The notes under the pieces are model-generated. The model had not been told where the DNA came from, searched no databases, and saw only the letters and a list, made by a program, of their open reading frames with translations. A stretch of DNA of 44,031 nt, taken from Hyphomicrobiaceae bacterium (GTDB taxonomy: Bacteria; Pseudomonadota; Alphaproteobacteria; Rhizobiales; Hyphomicrobiaceae). Shown in pieces: positions 1 to 9,244 of this stretch; position 1 is the stretch's first letter; the number at the start of each line of letters is the position of its first letter. A program made the position numbers and the translations under genes. The stretch spans positions 1-44,031 of the forward strand of contig JAYSVA010000426.1 in NCBI GenBank assembly GCA_043718785.1, given 5' to 3'.

Positions 1-721
1 TGGAGTGAAACCAGAACGCAAGACAGGCGATGCCGATGCCGACGCTCCACGCACGGGTCTCAGACCAGCGGCGATCATAGGCGGCCAGAACGGTCATCAT
101 CACAAGGTATGGCAGCGCTAGTTCGCGCAGCAGCACGGCCGCTAGTCCGGTCAAAACACTTAAGCCGATACGGCCTTGGACCCAAAGCCCAAGCGAGACG
201 ACAATCAGTGGTGCCGCCCAGCTTTCGTGAAAGAAGCGAAATGGCGGTGAAATGAGCAGCATCACTGACAAGATGATGATGGTGAAAGCAAGATACCCCT
301 CAAAGCCAATGCGGGTCATCTGCCCCATCAGCGGTAGCCAGCTCACCACGGCCGCGATGATCAGTAGGCCAAATAGGCCGAGCGTCAGCGTTGGGCCGAG
401 GCCAGCGTTGATCCATGCCAGCGTTGGCGGGCGCACCGTGATGAACGGCTTTAACGGGAAATTATGAAGGCGATGTTCCTCCGCCACCACCTCGTAATAG
501 CTGCGGCCGTCGCTGACACGGGCAATAATATTCTTGTACAGCTGGGTGTCGGACATATTCTTTGTCTGCCCGTCCGCTGTCACAATCTGCGGCGGTGTTG
601 ACCGATCAGGTGCGACATAGGTCGGCGAGAGTAGGCTGGCCAGCAGCGCCACGGCCAATGCCACCAGGGCAATAATGCTGCTGTGAACTGAGAAGTTGTC
701 GAAGCGGGTGTTTAGCGTCAC
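1..721 (-). CDS. Polytopic membrane protein, N-terminal part only (gene runs off the left edge). Possibly a GT-C-type polyprenyl-phosphate-sugar-dependent glycosyltransferase.
   Basis: Absent from the ORF track because no stop lies in the window. I translated the minus strand by hand from GTG (721..719), which is preceded by GGAG with a 5-nt spacer. The frame is open to position 1: VTLNTRFDNFSVHSSIIALVALAVALLASLL...SDTQLYKNIIARVSDGRSYYE...TLGLFGLLIIAAVVSWLPLM..., with several hydrophobic spans. It lies 62 nt downstream of the GT2 gene and runs in the same direction. Confidence 0.6.
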   Translation of the reverse strand, partial: MTLNTRFDNFSVHSSIIALVALAVALLASLLSPTYVAPDRSTPPQIVTADGQTKNMSDTQLYKNIIARVSDGRSYYEVVAEEHRLHNFPLKPFITVRPPTLAWINAGLGPTLTLGLFGLLIIAAVVSWLPLMGQMTRIGFEGYLAFTIIILSVMLLISPPFRFFHESWAAPLIVVSLGLWVQGRIGLSVLTGLAAVLLRELALPYLVMMTVLAAYDRRWSETRAWSVGIGIACLAFWFHS

Positions 722-783
722 GTGAGCTCCTGCTCAGTTTGCTCCAATGACGCACACACGCTGCCAACAGACGTTGAATTGTT

Positions 784-1914
784 TTATTTCTTCCAAGTCA
801 CGAATGACGACGCGGCAAAGTTCCAGACTGCACCGATCAACACGCCTGCCATGCCGGCCAAGAACCAGCGGCCGTCGTGCGCATTGACCCAGGTGCCGAT
901 GCCAACGTTAGCGACCGCGCCGACTGAGCAGATGGCGTAGAAGCTGAGGAGGCCGGTGACCATTCTCCAGCCTTTCAGCTGGCGGTCGCGATAGGTGAAG
1001 ACGTTGTTGAGGAAGAAGTTGAAGGTCATGGCGACCATCACGGCGATGATGTCCGCTGACAAGAACGTCAGGCCGAGTGCCATCGAGGTCCCGAGCGTCG
1101 CCATGTGAACGCCAACGCCCATGCCGCCGACGATCAGGAAGTTCAGAAGGCGAACAGGTATGTACTGACCAATGGTTTTGTCGAGCAGCAACGAGCCATA
1201 TTCCATGGCAACAAGCGCGCCAATTTTGCTCTCGCCGGCTTCGCGGACGCGAAACTTGTACGGCACCTCAGCGACGCGCAGTGGCTTTGGCGATGACGAA
1301 ACGATGTCGAGCAAGATCTTGAAGCCGACGCCGGATAGTTTCGGCATCGCGGCCATCAAGGTCGGGCGCGCCAGCACGAAGAAGCCGCTCATCGGGTCGC
1401 TGATTGAAGTTTTTAGAACCCACTGGCCGAGCTTGGTAGCGAACTGGCTGATGCGATGACGTGATTGGTCCCATTCGCCGACGCTGCCGCCAGCCGAATA
1501 GCGCGTGCCAATGGCAACATCGGCTTCACCAGAACTGATCTTGGCGAACAGCTGCGGCAGAATCGTTTCGTCGTGCTGCATGTCGCCGTCGATCACGGCC
1601 AACACCGGTGCTGACGTCGCCAGCATACCTTCGACAACGGCCGATGATAGGCCACGGCGACCAATGCGGTGAACGACGCGGACGTTGCGATTGGTCAAGC
1701 CGATCTGGCGGACGAGATCAGCGGTGCCGTCCGGCGAGTTGTCGTCAACAAACACTGCTTCCCAATTGATGCCGACCAGCGCGCGGCTCAATTTGTCGAG
1801 CAGTGGCCGGACGTTCGCCGATTCATTGAACGTCGGAATGATGATGGCGAGGGCCAACGGTGCGTCAGCTTCAGCGACACGCAGTGCTGATGATGAAATG
1901 ACTTCGTGCCGCAT
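784..1914 (-). CDS. Family-2 glycosyltransferase (polyprenyl/dolichyl-phosphate sugar synthase type) fused to a C-terminal GtrA-like 4-TM domain
   Basis: 376-aa ORF. The N-terminal half carries GT2 signatures (IIIPTFNESANV, FVDDNSPDGT, VIDGDMQHD). The C-terminal ~120 aa is hydrophobic (LLNFLIVGGMGVGVHM...FNFFLNNVFTYRD...VWNFAASSFVTW), which is typical of GtrA-like domains. Confidence 0.85.
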   Translation of the reverse strand: MRHEVISSSALRVAEADAPLALAIIIPTFNESANVRPLLDKLSRALVGINWEAVFVDDNSPDGTADLVRQIGLTNRNVRVVHRIGRRGLSSAVVEGMLATSAPVLAVIDGDMQHDETILPQLFAKISSGEADVAIGTRYSAGGSVGEWDQSRHRISQFATKLGQWVLKTSISDPMSGFFVLARPTLMAAMPKLSGVGFKILLDIVSSSPKPLRVAEVPYKFRVREAGESKIGALVAMEYGSLLLDKTIGQYIPVRLLNFLIVGGMGVGVHMATLGTSMALGLTFLSADIIAVMVAMTFNFFLNNVFTYRDRQLKGWRMVTGLLSFYAICSVGAVANVGIGTWVNAHDGRWFLAGMAGVLIGAVWNFAASSFVTWKK

Positions 1915-2123
1915 AAATGCCTCCGCCGCTTAACTGTGCGATGTGTACGCCGAGGCCCGTTGTAGATGATCCAGGTTAAGGACTTGTTGCGGACGGGACG
2001 TGGCGCGTGCGGATTGAGCAAATCGAGGAAACGGGCGGGTTACTTCGTTAAAGCCGGCTTACCTTTTTCGAGGACGCAGCGATTACTCCGGTTCAAGGTT
2101 CCAGCCGTGGAGACACGTTCTCG

Positions 2124-3125
2124 TCAGTCAAGCGTGCCGTACTTGCGGGCAAAGGCGACGGTCTCGACCCACCACGGTGCCTCCGGATCATAGGTTACCG
2201 CACGATTTTTGGGATAATCATAGCCCCATACAATGACGCCGTTGAAGTCGGCAGCTTTGTAGGATGTCAGCAGCTCGCCCCAGAAAGGAATGTGCTCGCC
2301 AGGATGCATTTTCGAGTGCTCAAACGAATATTCATGCATGATGAATGGGAGTACGGGGATACCTGGTGCCACGTCTTTTAGCACCCTAGCCGTCATGTTG
2401 GCGAAATGACGCGATCCAGCCAGAGTATGCGGTGAACTGTCGTTCGGTCCATAAGCCAGATAGAGCGTCGGCATCAGGATATCTTGCGCGTGTAACAGCG
2501 GCAGCATTGCCGTGATATTGGCCATGTCAAAGTCATAGACCTTGCCGCCGCCGGGCTGCGACCCTGCATATGACATGACGGGCAAATAGAAGCCGATTTT
2601 GGCTTTGGGTAACGCTTCTTTGGCCCAGCGGTTGAGTGTCAGGAAATAGTTCAGCCGAAGCTTGGTCTCTTCCTCGCAACCCGCTGGAGTGACGCAGCGC
2701 TTGTGTCCATCGTTGGGAAGGGCGCGAATGGGCAGGGTCGCTTCAACGTCAAGAAAGATAACCGACGCCCCTTTATCGTACATCTGGCGAAGTAGGTTCT
2801 TGTAGTGGGCCTCATCCGGCAGGCGCGCGTAAAACCAGGCATGCTGCTTGTTTGCTGGTAAGGCGCGGAATTCACGATTGTTGGCACTGTCCTCGTATAA
2901 GCGATGAAAAACTGCCTCGCCCAGACCTTTGATCACACGAAAACCATCAACTCTTAAATCGGGTGCACCCAGGAATTCCATTCCTGAGAACAGCCGAAAC
3001 CGGCCATCCCCAAGATTTGGCGCCTCTGGTGATTTGCCAGTTTCCGCGAGCGCGGAAGCAACAATTCCCAGCAATGCAAGGACAGCTATGATGCTTCGGG
3101 CAAAAATCCTGGTCATAATGGTCAT
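2124..3125 (-). CDS. Secreted hypothetical protein (weak resemblance to a TIM-barrel glycoside hydrolase)
   Basis: 333-aa ORF with an ATG start and an N-terminal signal peptide (MTIMTRIFARSIIAVLALLGIVASALA/ETG). Third-position GC is high. The product assignment is tentative and rests only on loose pattern similarity (VIFLDVE..., IGFYLPV..., ILMPTLYL). Confidence 0.55.
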   Translation of the reverse strand: MTIMTRIFARSIIAVLALLGIVASALAETGKSPEAPNLGDGRFRLFSGMEFLGAPDLRVDGFRVIKGLGEAVFHRLYEDSANNREFRALPANKQHAWFYARLPDEAHYKNLLRQMYDKGASVIFLDVEATLPIRALPNDGHKRCVTPAGCEEETKLRLNYFLTLNRWAKEALPKAKIGFYLPVMSYAGSQPGGGKVYDFDMANITAMLPLLHAQDILMPTLYLAYGPNDSSPHTLAGSRHFANMTARVLKDVAPGIPVLPFIMHEYSFEHSKMHPGEHIPFWGELLTSYKAADFNGVIVWGYDYPKNRAVTYDPEAPWWVETVAFARKYGTLD

Positions 3126-3264
3126 ACTGGCACCGTAGGAGACGTCGATGGTTGTGTAGTCGCGGTTTGATGGCGATAATGGCTTCTGCGAATTGGCAGG
3201 TCAACAACAGCTGGTCACCCAAGCTTGTCGTCAATACACTTGCTGACGATAGTCAGTTTTTACC

Positions 3265-4455
3265 TTACCAGTTCCGCCCTTGCCTTGGTTCCGCGTCCAT
3301 CAGCCAGTCCGGCCCCAGTTGAGCTACATCCGGGCAGCCCATTTGGCGCATGACGATGTCCATGTCGGTGCGGATCATGTTGACGGCGTGGTTGGCGCCG
3401 GCGTCTCCGCCGGCCACTGCGCCGTACAGCGTCCAGCGGCCGACCCAGCAGAAGTCGGCACCGAGGGCGAGTGCTGTCAAAATGTCGGACCCGCAACGAA
3501 TGCCACTGTCGAGCATCAGGCTGACCTTCTGGCCACGCGTGGTTTTCATCTCGCCGACGGCCTGCTTGATGCCGGGGAACACCTCCAGCGAGGACGGCGC
3601 GCGGTCGAGTTGGCGGCCGCCGTGGTTGGAGACGACGATGCCGTCTACACCCATCTGCACGGCGCGGCGGGCGTCGTCCGGGTGCATAATGCCCTTGATG
3701 ACGAAATTGCGCGGCCACAGCTTGCGAATGCGGGCCACGTCCTCCCAAGTCGACGGCACGGGATGCTGAGTTGTGACGAATTCAAGCACTTGCGCGGGTG
3801 TGCTGCCCGGCGGCGCGTACTTTGCCCAGTTGGCGGTGACGGAGCGTGGGCTGGTGTAGTATTCGAGCAACCATGCCGGATGAGTCAACGCTTCGATTTT
3901 GGTGCTGAGCGTCGGCTGGATGACGCGGGCAAAGCCGTTGCGCTTGTTGCGTTCACGGCTGGCATTGCCGGGCACGTCTACTGTCAGCATCAGGGTCGAG
4001 AGTTTGGCGGCGTCGGCGCGGGCGACCATGTCGTCGCTGATGGCCCGATCACGGGCGATATAGAGCTGGTACCAACTGTGATCCGGGGCTATCGCCGCGA
4101 TCTCCTCCAGGGTGGCAGTGCTGGCACCGGAGATGACGAACGGGATGTTGGCAGCGCGAGCGGCGCGGGCCAGCATCAAGTCGCCACCTTGCCGGAAGAA
4201 CGCGATGCCGCCAGTTGGGCCGATGCCGAACGGGCTGGCGTATTCGCGGCCGAACAGCGTGGTGGTCTGGACCGGCTGCGAGGCATCCACCAGATAACGC
4301 GGAACGAGGTGGTGGCGCTCGTAGGCCTTGACGATGTGAGTCAGTGCCTGCTCGCCATCAACGCCGCCCTCGATAAAATCAAACGCAATCCGCGGCAGGC
4401 GGCGCTTGGCGGCCTTGCGCAGATCCTCAAAGTTGATGGCCTTCTCGATGCCCAT
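3265..4455 (-). CDS. FMN-dependent alpha-hydroxy-acid dehydrogenase (L-lactate / (S)-mandelate dehydrogenase family)
   Basis: 396-aa ORF. It has the family N-terminus (NFEDLRKAAKRRLPRIAFDFIEGG) and the catalytic signature VVSNHGGRQLD. Confidence 0.9.
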   Translation of the reverse strand: MGIEKAINFEDLRKAAKRRLPRIAFDFIEGGVDGEQALTHIVKAYERHHLVPRYLVDASQPVQTTTLFGREYASPFGIGPTGGIAFFRQGGDLMLARAARAANIPFVISGASTATLEEIAAIAPDHSWYQLYIARDRAISDDMVARADAAKLSTLMLTVDVPGNASRERNKRNGFARVIQPTLSTKIEALTHPAWLLEYYTSPRSVTANWAKYAPPGSTPAQVLEFVTTQHPVPSTWEDVARIRKLWPRNFVIKGIMHPDDARRAVQMGVDGIVVSNHGGRQLDRAPSSLEVFPGIKQAVGEMKTTRGQKVSLMLDSGIRCGSDILTALALGADFCWVGRWTLYGAVAGGDAGANHAVNMIRTDMDIVMRQMGCPDVAQLGPDWLMDAEPRQGRNW

Positions 4456-4487
4456 GGTCTTTGCTCGTTATTCTGCCTGTGCCCGCC

Positions 4488-6152
4488 TCAAACCCGCCCA
4501 TCCACCACCACGTCCAGCAATGTCGGGCCGCCGCTGGCGATGGACTCTTTGATGGCGGGGGCAATGGCGTCGGGGTCGGTGATGCGGATGGCTTTCATGC
4601 CGAACCCTTTGGCGATGGCGAGGAAGTCGATCCCCGGATTGGCGAAGTCCATGCCGACGAAGTGGTCGTTCTTGTGGTAGGCTTTTAGGCGCTGTTTGAT
4701 GATGCGGTAGCCGCCGTTGTTGCACAGCACGGTGGTGATTGGCAGCTTGTGGTGGGCGGCGGTCCACAGCGCCTGGATCGAGTACATGGCGCTACCGTCG
4801 CCGACGTAGGTGACAACCGGGCGGCCGGGTTGCGCCATCGAGATGCCGACCGATGCGGGCAGGCTCCAGCCGATGCCACCAGAGGCGAGGCCGTGGAAGT
4901 TATAGCGGTCGCGGTAGGCGAACAGGTCGCTGATCCGGCGCGACGTGGTCAGCCCTTCGTTGACGATGATGACGTCCTTCGGGCAGGCGTCCACTAGTCG
5001 CAGCGATAACAGATCAACGTCGATCGGTTTTGTGCCGGAGCGGGTTTCGATTGAGCTGACGAGGGTCTTGCGTTTGGCCGTCCAGTTCTGGCTGGCGAGT
5101 GCTTTCAGGCGCTCGACCGTGCGCTCCTTCATCGCCTTGCCACCGCGCTTTTCGAGCAGCGGGATTAGCGCCTTCAGCGTTTCGCGGACGTCAGCACGCA
5201 GCGCCATCTCGGCGTGGTAGTTCTTGGCCAGGTCCCAATCGACCAAGCCGATCTGGACCATCTTCAAAGTCTCCGGCATCGGATCGACGTCGCTGTAGAC
5301 GGACATGCGGATCGGGTCGGCGCCGAGCACGATCATCAGGTCGTACTTCGACAGCACGGCGCGGACATCTGGCTGCTCGCGGGTCAGGTAACCGACGTAG
5401 CACGGGCTCTCGGACAGGAAGTGCGAGCCGTAGGCGATGCTCTGCTGCATGGCGGGCGCGCCGATCAGCTCGGCGAACGCTGCTGCCTCCTTGAGGGCGT
5501 TGCTCTTGACGATCTCGTCACCGGCGACGATCAGCGGGCGCTCAGCTTTGAGAATGCGGTCAGCCAACGCTTCGAGCGCTGAATCGGATGGGCGAACGCA
5601 GCTGTCAACGCGGGTCGACGTGCCGAGATCAATGCCCGCCTCCGCGTTCAGAATATCGCCAGGCAGCGAGATGAACACTGGACCGGTTGGCGGCGTCATT
5701 GCCACTTTGGCAGCGCGGCGCATGATGCGCGGCAAATCCTCCAGACGCGTCACTTCGACGGCCCACTTCACCAGCGGCTGGGCAATCGGCACCAGCGGGT
5801 CATACAGCAGCGGCTCGGTTAGGCCGTGGCCTTGCTCCTGTTGGCCAGCTGTCAGGATCATCGGTGTGCCCGTAAACTTGGCGTTGTACAGCGAGCCCAT
5901 GGCATTGCCGAGACCCGGTGCAACGTGGACGTTGCACGCGGTCAGCTGGCCCGACGCGCGGCTGTAACCATCAGCCATCGCGACCACGAGGCTCTCTTGC
6001 ATCGCCATCACATAGGTGAGGTCCGGATGCTCCTTCAGGGCGTGCATCACCGGCAGTTCGGTGGTGCCGGGATTGCCGAACAGATGCGTCACCCCTTCGT
6101 CCTTGAGCAGCGCCAGAAATGCTGAGCGACCAGTGATATTGTTGCGGGGCAT
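4488..6152 (-). CDS. Thiamine-diphosphate-dependent decarboxylase, benzoylformate-decarboxylase-like
   Basis: 554-aa ORF. It has the N-terminal PYR-domain motif HLFGNPGTTELP and the ThDP-binding motif GDGSAMYSIQALWTAA...NNGGY. The overall pattern lines up with my recollection of Pseudomonas putida MdlC. Confidence 0.85.
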   Translation of the reverse strand: MPRNNITGRSAFLALLKDEGVTHLFGNPGTTELPVMHALKEHPDLTYVMAMQESLVVAMADGYSRASGQLTACNVHVAPGLGNAMGSLYNAKFTGTPMILTAGQQEQGHGLTEPLLYDPLVPIAQPLVKWAVEVTRLEDLPRIMRRAAKVAMTPPTGPVFISLPGDILNAEAGIDLGTSTRVDSCVRPSDSALEALADRILKAERPLIVAGDEIVKSNALKEAAAFAELIGAPAMQQSIAYGSHFLSESPCYVGYLTREQPDVRAVLSKYDLMIVLGADPIRMSVYSDVDPMPETLKMVQIGLVDWDLAKNYHAEMALRADVRETLKALIPLLEKRGGKAMKERTVERLKALASQNWTAKRKTLVSSIETRSGTKPIDVDLLSLRLVDACPKDVIIVNEGLTTSRRISDLFAYRDRYNFHGLASGGIGWSLPASVGISMAQPGRPVVTYVGDGSAMYSIQALWTAAHHKLPITTVLCNNGGYRIIKQRLKAYHKNDHFVGMDFANPGIDFLAIAKGFGMKAIRITDPDAIAPAIKESIASGGPTLLDVVVDGRV

Positions 6153-6187
6153 GTTGTGTCCTCTTTGGCAAAAAGCGATACTTATTT

Positions 6188-6301
6188 GTAGGTTGGGTCA
6201 AGCCCAATTGCGCGACCCAACATTACACGGGTGACTGTCAAAGTTGTTGGGTCGCGAGCCCGCATGTCGCAGGCTCCATGCGGACGCTTGACCCAACCTA
6301 C
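6188..6301. repeat. Nested-palindrome REP-like element, copy 1 (intergenic)
   Basis: The outer inverted repeat is a perfect 16 bp: gtaggttgggtcaagc (6188..6203) and gcttgacccaacctac (6286..6301). The inner inverted repeat is cgcgacccaac / gttgggtcgcg. There is also an extra small hairpin, ccgcatg...catgcgg. A second copy lies at 19811..19899. Confidence 0.85.
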
Positions 6302-6318
6302 GTCCGGGCACATTGATT

Positions 6319-7464
6319 TCATGATCCCCGCTGATCGAATTTGCGGTCGAAGACGCTCTCCGCGATGCGGTTCTTTAGGATTTCGATGGAGCCGCCAGCG
6401 ATCATCCAGCCACGAGTGCGGCGGACACAGTATTCGACCAAGCTGTCCTGGCTGAAACCGGCGCCACCCATGATCTGCAGGGCCTCATTGGCGACCTCGA
6501 AACCGGTGGTGTTACAGGCGAGCTTGGCGACCGCTGTGTCATAGGGCGAGGGCAGCTTATCGGGGCTATTGGCAGCGCGATAGAGCAGCAGCTGGGCTGC
6601 GTCGAGCTTCATCGCCATCTCGGCGAATTTCCATTGCAGGCCTTGGAACTCACACAGCGGACGGCCGAACTGGTTGCGGGTCATCGCATGATCGCGGGCG
6701 ATGTTGAAGGCGTGGCGGCCGACCGCCAGTGAGCGTGACGAATTGCCGAGCCGCTCGACATTGAAGCCAGAGATTTGCTTTTTGAAGCCGCCGGGCCCCA
6801 GAAGCACGTTGGCCTTGGGGATGCGGCAATTGTCGAAGTACAGTTGCGCCCACTGTTCGCCGTTCATGAAGTTGGTCGGGCGGCCGATGGTGAAACCCGG
6901 CGTGTCGCGCTCAATCAGCACCGAGCCAATGCCGCCGACACCCGGCCCGAAGCGGACGTAGATGAGGAACAAGCCAGCCTCGGGACTGTGGGTCGAGAAC
7001 ACCTTGGTGCCGTTGATTAGAAAGTCGTCGCCATCCGGTTTGGCTGACGTTTGCAGGTCGGTGACGGCGGATCCGGCTTCCGGCTCGGTCATGCCGAGGC
7101 TGATCAGTTTGCGGCCGCCTAGCAGGTCCGGCAGGAAGCGCTGTTTCTGCTCCGGTGTGGCGTATTCAACGAAGGTGCGGATGGGTCCGAAGTTGCCAGC
7201 TTGGACGATGTCAGCACTTTTTGGGCAGACCAGGGCGATCTCCTGGATGGCGATGACCGCGTCCATCAGCGAGCCGCCCATGCCGCCATCGGATTCCGAA
7301 AACAAGATGCCAAGCAGGCCTTGCCCACTCAGTTGCTTGGCGGTTTCCCAGGGGTAGCTGGTGGCATGCGCACGGGCCAACGCGTCGGTGGCAAGGTTGG
7401 CTTTCGCGAACCGCCGGACGCTTTCAGCAAAGGCGGTTTGCTCTTCGGTTAGCTGGAAATCCAT
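6319..7464 (-). CDS. Acyl-CoA dehydrogenase
   Basis: The ORF-track frame is 6319..7581. I place the start at the internal ATG 7464 (MDFQLTEEQTAFAESVRRF...), which gives a typical 381-aa ACAD and has a G-rich RBS upstream. ACAD patterns are present throughout (GMTEPEAGS, ...QIMGGAGFS...). Confidence 0.9.
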   Translation of the reverse strand: MDFQLTEEQTAFAESVRRFAKANLATDALARAHATSYPWETAKQLSGQGLLGILFSESDGGMGGSLMDAVIAIQEIALVCPKSADIVQAGNFGPIRTFVEYATPEQKQRFLPDLLGGRKLISLGMTEPEAGSAVTDLQTSAKPDGDDFLINGTKVFSTHSPEAGLFLIYVRFGPGVGGIGSVLIERDTPGFTIGRPTNFMNGEQWAQLYFDNCRIPKANVLLGPGGFKKQISGFNVERLGNSSRSLAVGRHAFNIARDHAMTRNQFGRPLCEFQGLQWKFAEMAMKLDAAQLLLYRAANSPDKLPSPYDTAVAKLACNTTGFEVANEALQIMGGAGFSQDSLVEYCVRRTRGWMIAGGSIEILKNRIAESVFDRKFDQRGS

Positions 7465-7594
7465 CGTCGCGCGCCGCCCCCTCACTTGATCTTCGCAATA
7501 TGGTGCCACAGTCCGCTCTGATTGGAACCCTAGGAATTGCGCGGCAGGATTGTCGGCAGCGCTGGTCACCCAAGGTGACAACAGGTTGCGATCC

Positions 7595-9244
7595 TCAACC
7601 GTGGCCGATCAAAGCGGTGATCGTCTCTAGCGTGTCGGCTTCAGCAGCGGGCTTGTCCCAGCGGAGCCGATGGATGCGCGGGAACCGCATGGCGACGCCC
7701 GATTTGTGGCGTGTCGAGGCCTGCACCGCGTCAAACGCAACTTCGAGAACGAGGCCCGGTTCGACGGCGCGGACGGGGCCATAGGTCGAGGTGGTATGCG
7801 CCCGCACCCATTTATCCAGGCGGCGCAGTTCATCGTCAGTAAAGCCAGAGTAGGCCTTGCCGACGGGCACCAGATCGCGCGTACTGTCGGCACCGTCCAG
7901 GCCGAGCCCCACGTCGCTCGATCCCGTTTTTGCGGGCAAAGTGCGCCAAACCCCGAATGTGTAGTCTGAATAGAATGATGATCGCTTGCCGGAGCCGCGC
8001 TGGGCATACATCAGCACACAGTCTAGCGTCAGGGCCGCGCGTTTCCACTTGAACCACTCGCCGCGCACGCGGCCCGGCTGATACGGGCTGGCACGGCGCT
8101 TCAGCATCAGGCCTTCGATGCCCTCCGCACGGGTGTTGGTCCAGATCTGGTTAAGCTCGTCGAAGCTGTCAAACGCTACCAGTGATGATAGATCTGTCAG
8201 CGGCGGTTGGGCCTGAGCGTGCCATGTTGCTAAGCGCTGGCGGCGAGCGGTAAACGGCAGTGCCCGCAGGTCGTCTTGGCCATCGTGCAACAGGTCGTAG
8301 AGTCGAACGTGGGCCGGGAAATCCCGCTGCATCTTCGCTGTCACAATTTTGCGGTTGAGGCGCTGCTGCAAGTCGTTAAACGGGGCAATCACACCACCTC
8401 GCATCACTAGCAGTTCACCATCGATGATGCAGTCGATGTCAGGGTTGGCTCGCATCAAGAAGGCCGTATGAACGTCCGGAAAGGCGGCCGAGATATCATC
8501 GCCTTGGCGCGAGAACAGGCGCACTTCGCCGCCGCGCGCCGACACCTGCACGCGAATGCCATCCCATTTCCATTCGGCAGCAAAGTCTGCTGCCACCAGC
8601 TTCGGCCAGTCCGCGTCTTCGATCGGGTGGGCCAACATCACCGGTTTGAATATTGGTTTTGTCCCCGGGTCTGGTTTGGCGCTGGTCCCCTCCAACCAGC
8701 TGAACAGCTCCAAGTAGGGCGGTGTTAACGCGTGCCACAGTTCCTCGATGTCGCCGACGTCCGTGGTAAAGGCGTCGGCTAACGCAGTCTTTGCCAGCCG
8801 CGCCGACACGCCAACCCGGGGCGCGCCGCCCAACAGCTTGATCAACGCGAACCGCCCGGCGACATCGAGCTGGTTGAGCAGTTGGCCGAGGTTCGCAGTG
8901 CGTTGTGGCGTGGTGCCCAGCCGCATCGTTTGCACGACCAGGTCAAGGGTTGGCGGTGTCGTCACCGGCTGGTCAGGCCACAGCAGTGCCACCGTCTCGG
9001 CCGTGTCACCAACGTAGTCGCGGCTCATCTTGTACAGCACCGGATCGATGAACGTGGCGATCAGTTCGGTCAACATCCGGCGTAGCGGCAGGTTCGGCAA
9101 CGGCACGCCGTCCGTTAACGCCGCCAGCGCCCAACCGCGATCCGGATCGGGCGCACTTCTGAAATAGGCCGCCAGCAGTGCCACCTTGCGGTTGCGGCTT
9201 TGGGTATACACGAGGCTATCCAGCAGCTGGGCGAAGGCGCGCAT
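7595..9244 (-). CDS. ATP-dependent DNA ligase (ligase-associated DNA-damage-response type)
   Basis: 549-aa ORF. Adenylation motif I (KxDG) is present as AAEWKWDGIRVQV. The N-terminus MRAFAQLLDSLVYTQSRNRK is typical of this ligase class. The start overlaps the stop of the upstream exonuclease gene (TAATG). Confidence 0.9.
   Translation of the reverse strand: MRAFAQLLDSLVYTQSRNRKVALLAAYFRSAPDPDRGWALAALTDGVPLPNLPLRRMLTELIATFIDPVLYKMSRDYVGDTAETVALLWPDQPVTTPPTLDLVVQTMRLGTTPQRTANLGQLLNQLDVAGRFALIKLLGGAPRVGVSARLAKTALADAFTTDVGDIEELWHALTPPYLELFSWLEGTSAKPDPGTKPIFKPVMLAHPIEDADWPKLVAADFAAEWKWDGIRVQVSARGGEVRLFSRQGDDISAAFPDVHTAFLMRANPDIDCIIDGELLVMRGGVIAPFNDLQQRLNRKIVTAKMQRDFPAHVRLYDLLHDGQDDLRALPFTARRQRLATWHAQAQPPLTDLSSLVAFDSFDELNQIWTNTRAEGIEGLMLKRRASPYQPGRVRGEWFKWKRAALTLDCVLMYAQRGSGKRSSFYSDYTFGVWRTLPAKTGSSDVGLGLDGADSTRDLVPVGKAYSGFTDDELRRLDKWVRAHTTSTYGPVRAVEPGLVLEVAFDAVQASTRHKSGVAMRFPRIHRLRWDKPAAEADTLETITALIGHG

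Noticed and set aside
1915-2123. Possible tRNA or terminator in the 209-bp gap between the secreted-protein gene and the GT2 gene
   Set aside because: I could find no cloverleaf-compatible arms or GTTCGAATC-type T-loop. The aagccggctt palindrome has no loop and is too short for a stable terminator hairpin.
3280-4680. 466-aa plus-strand ORF spanning the FMN dehydrogenase gene and the 3' end of the ThDP enzyme gene
   Set aside because: It is antisense to two genes with strong family motifs. Its translation is Arg/Ala/Gly/Val-rich and low in complexity, and I recognise no motifs in it. This is a typical shadow ORF in high-GC DNA.
7565-7579. Small hairpin gtcacc-caa-ggtgac just 3' of the ligase gene
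   Set aside because: It has only a 6-bp stem, a 3-nt loop and no following U-tract. This is insufficient for a terminator or operator call.
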